Below the pieces are notes generated by a model. That model worked only from the letters and a program-made list of their open reading frames with translations, had not been told where the DNA came from and made no database searches. From Verrucomicrobiota bacterium (GTDB lineage: Bacteria > Verrucomicrobiota > Verrucomicrobiia > Opitutales > Cerasicoccaceae), in the NCBI GenBank assembly GCA_039818205.1, contig JBCBUK010000003.1, positions 320,001 through 384,000 of the forward strand: a stretch of 64,000 nucleotides of DNA. The letters run 5' to 3'. Both the position numbers and the translations under genes were made by a program. Below, piece after piece: positions 61,142 through 64,000 of this stretch; position 1 is the stretch's first letter, and each line of letters starts with the position of its first letter.

Positions 61142-64000
61142 ATGAAAGTTCAATCTTTCCGGACAGGATTTATATTCCTGCTATTCAGCTCGTTGCTGAC
61201 TCACTTGGGACACACTCAAACTGTTGACATTTTGGGTGAAAAAATTCTCTGGCACAAGATAACGCTGGAGCTAACCGGGCCGCAGACCAGTGAGTCAGCG
61301 AGCCCTAATCCGTTCACGGACCGGCGTATGGACGTGACGTTTTCTCACCCAGCCACGGGGACAGAATTTGTTGTTCCTGGTTTTTTCGCAGCCGACGGTG
61401 ACGCGGCCAACAGCAGTGCGACCTCGGGCAATAAGTGGCATTGCTATTTCCGCCCGAATGAGCCTGGAACCTGGAACTACCGTGTTTCGTTTCGTCAAGG
61501 TACCAACGTTGCGATGATTACGGCGGCTAATCCGGGAAGTGCCATGAGCCCCTACGACGGTGTTTCGGGGTCGTTTCAGGTCTCCGGAATTAACCCAGCG
61601 GCAGCCCCGGATCTTCGGGCGAAGGGACGACTTCAATACGTTGGCAAACACCATCTGCAGTTCGAGGGAAGCGGCGAATATTTTCTTAAATTCGGTCCTG
61701 ATTCTCCGGAAAATTTTCTGGAGTATTTCGAGTTCGATAACACCCCACTTGAGGGCAATAAGGGCATTCGCCATAACTTCACGGCACACGCCCAGCACTA
61801 CGAGAACGATGGCCAAACCTGGCAAAGTGGTAAGGGCAAAAACATACTTGGCGCGGTCAATTACATCTCTAGCACCGGTGCGAATTCGATTTCGATGGTG
61901 TTGAACAATATTGGGCGCTTGGTAGAAGATCCAAACAATGCAAACCGTCCCCTGTCGGGGCCTGGCGATGGTGACCGCGCGTTTCCCTATACCAGTAAAA
62001 CGGAGCGGCTTCGTTTTGATTGTTCCAAGCTGGACCAATGGGAGATCGTATTCGACCACGCGGAACTGAAGGGATTGCATCTGCACTTCAAACTCGCCGA
62101 GATTGAGAACGCCCGCGACCTCGACGGTGGCGCCCTTGGCAATGAACGCCGCTTGTATTATCGCGAGATGATCGCGCGTTTTGGCCACCATCTGGCGTTG
62201 AATTGGAACATCTCAGAAGAGATTCCCGTCGGTTCATCCACGCGGTCGGACTGGCTGAACTTCTTCAAAGACAATGACCCTTGGCAAAGCAATCGGGTAT
62301 TTCACACCGGACCATCATTCGATAAGAGCAATTTCTATAATCCACACCTCGGAGACGCTGAGCTGACGGGTATTTCCCTGCAGACTCCAGAGGCGACTGG
62401 GACGCAGAATGTGTTTAACGAGACGAAGCTTTGGATTGATCGTTCCGCGTCGAATGGCTGGCCGTGGGTTGTTGCCTGTGATGAACAGGGCCCCGGAAAC
62501 CTTGGCGTAAATGCAAGTTTCCCATTGAGCCGGAAAAACGTCCTTTGGGGCAATATCATGGCCGGTGGCGGCGGTGTTGAATACTACTCCGGCGGTTCGG
62601 ACTTGAGCCTCGATGACTACGCGCACTTCGATGAGCTACTAGAGTGGTCGAGCTATGCCGTGAACGATTTCTTCTACGGCCACCAGATTCCGTTTTGGAA
62701 TATGAGCAATGATGACTCCCTGGTGAGCAACGGAACGGCTCGTTGTTTGACCGATGGCAGCGATCAGTTTGTTATTTATCTGCGCGATGGTGGAACCACG
62801 AACCTGAACCTGGGTGGTATCTCGGGAACCTTTGATGTTCGTTGGTTTGACCCCCGCAATGGTGGTGCACTGCAGCAGAGTAGCGTGTTGACCGTCCAAG
62901 GTAATGGTAACCGCGCCTTGGGTGCGGCGCCGAGCAACGCCGGCGAGGACTGGGCGATCCTTGTTCGCAAACAGCAGACTTTGCCTGATCTAGGTTCGTC
63001 GAGCCTGCGTTGGGTTGAGACTGATGGCATCGTGAATATTGAGCCCGAGCATGGCGAACTCGCCGACCAATGGCGCATTCGCCCGGTTGATTTTCTGGAA
63101 GACCCCACGATGGCAGGGAGCTTAGGCAGTGGCTGGGTCGAATGGACGGGTCCCTTTAACGGTGGCACGACCAAGAACGATGATCAGGTGAGCGGTATCA
63201 GTACGTTTACCTTCGAGATCAAGAAGGCGGGTGATTACACATTCCGCTGGCGCACGAAACAATACTCTGATGTCGAAGGTAGCGACGCTGGCAACGATAC
63301 CTACGTGAAGTTCGAAACGGGTACTCCGTTAGAAATGCCCGAGCGCGATGGCAACGGTTTCTACACCATCACAAAGTTTACTAAGGCATTTGTTCAGAAC
63401 AAGACCAGCTGGTCCTACAATGCCGCCTTTGAGGCTGCCTCGCACCGCTTCGTCAACAACCCGCGGATTCACTATGAGGCGGGTATTCATGAGATCAAAA
63501 TTGCAGGCCGCACGGCTGGCCATGCCATTGACCGATTGACGCTCTATCATGATGATGTCAACTACAACCAAAGCGCTTTCGTTGCTAATCCTGAGTCGCC
63601 GCGACGGGCCTCAATCCTCTACGTGGGCGTGGATGATTTTGATCTCCTCCCTGCTGTCGATGGACGTACCATCTACAATCGAAACCTTGGTAGCAACTAC
63701 CTCGCGATCAACGCGGCGGATGAATCGACGCATGGTAAGTTTGCGCAGGCTCAATTGACCTTTAATGGACAACCCGATACCTACGATATTCGCATTACCA
63801 CGATTACAGAGATCGATGGTGAGTCCGTTTATCGACTCTTAGTGAACGGCCGCGTGGTCGGCACCTACGAGAATCCACGGGTGTCTAATTCGAGAGACCT
63901 TCAGCCGAACACGCATATTTGGCGTGGCATTCAGTTGAACCCTGGTAACACAGTTGCGATCGAATCCGCAGTCGATTCCAATGGCCTGATCCCCGAGGGA
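61142..64000 (+). CDS. Large secreted DUF5060-type multidomain protein (putative glycoside hydrolase-like), 3'-truncated
   Basis: Not in the ORF track because it has no stop in the window. Manual translation of sampled segments: MKVQSFRTG...WHKITLELTGP...PNPFTD...VPGFFAADG...DSPENFL...SKLDQWEIVFDH...ARFGHHLALNWNISEE...DEQGP...WFDPRNGG, in frame with the last base. Confidence 0.85.
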   Translation, partial: MKVQSFRTGFIFLLFSSLLTHLGHTQTVDILGEKILWHKITLELTGPQTSESASPNPFTDRRMDVTFSHPATGTEFVVPGFFAADGDAANSSATSGNKWHCYFRPNEPGTWNYRVSFRQGTNVAMITAANPGSAMSPYDGVSGSFQVSGINPAAAPDLRAKGRLQYVGKHHLQFEGSGEYFLKFGPDSPENFLEYFEFDNTPLEGNKGIRHNFTAHAQHYENDGQTWQSGKGKNILGAVNYISSTGANSISMVLNNIGRLVEDPNNANRPLSGPGDGDRAFPYTSKTERLRFDCSKLDQWEIVFDHAELKGLHLHFKLAEIENARDLDGGALGNERRLYYREMIARFGHHLALNWNISEEIPVGSSTRSDWLNFFKDNDPWQSNRVFHTGPSFDKSNFYNPHLGDAELTGISLQTPEATGTQNVFNETKLWIDRSASNGWPWVVACDEQGPGNLGVNASFPLSRKNVLWGNIMAGGGGVEYYSGGSDLSLDDYAHFDELLEWSSYAVNDFFYGHQIPFWNMSNDDSLVSNGTARCLTDGSDQFVIYLRDGGTTNLNLGGISGTFDVRWFDPRNGGALQQSSVLTVQGNGNRALGAAPSNAGEDWAILVRKQQTLPDLGSSSLRWVETDGIVNIEPEHGELADQWRIRPVDFLEDPTMAGSLGSGWVEWTGPFNGGTTKNDDQVSGISTFTFEIKKAGDYTFRWRTKQYSDVEGSDAGNDTYVKFETGTPLEMPERDGNGFYTITKFTKAFVQNKTSWSYNAAFEAASHRFVNNPRIHYEAGIHEIKIAGRTAGHAIDRLTLYHDDVNYNQSAFVANPESPRRASILYVGVDDFDLLPAVDGRTIYNRNLGSNYLAINAADESTHGKFAQAQLTFNGQPDTYDIRITTITEIDGESVYRLLVNGRVVGTYENPRVSNSRDLQPNTHIWRGIQLNPGNTVAIESAVDSNGLIPEG

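Noticed and set aside
61295..63758. Several minus-strand and short plus-strand ORFs (298 aa etc.)
   Set aside because: Shadows of the long plus-strand gene starting at 61142.

Overview
Bacterial chromosomal window, most consistent with a Verrucomicrobiota (Opitutia/Puniceicoccales-like) genome. This is an inference from the PEP-CTERM protein, the prepilin H-X9-DG protein, fusA directly followed by rpsJ, the extended S11/SecY and the mostly SD-less starts. Positions ~3.4-22.7 kb hold the str-S10-spc-alpha ribosomal supercluster (no tuf, rpmD, adk, infA or rpmJ here). A non-ribosomal exported protein is inserted between rpsS and rplV, and several intergenic regions are structured. Next come guaA, a HisN-like phosphatase, a DEDDh exonuclease and gyrA/gyrB. 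The accessory-rich right half contains: a His-rich dodecin-like protein facing a Cys-rich MerC-domain gene with an operator-like palindrome; Rrf2, solA, a PEP-CTERM protein and cysJ; a cupredoxin / adenylate cyclase / outer-membrane barrel operon; rimO; leuD-exbB-exbD; TetR-AarF; thrS; an ECF sigma / anti-sigma triad; a wHTH-TM + double-SPFH operon; and a large DUF5060-type secreted protein that runs off the right edge and is absent from the supplied ORF track. I recognised no rRNA, tRNA, CRISPR array, transposase or phage genes. All family assignments come from motif recognition by eye, not from database searches.
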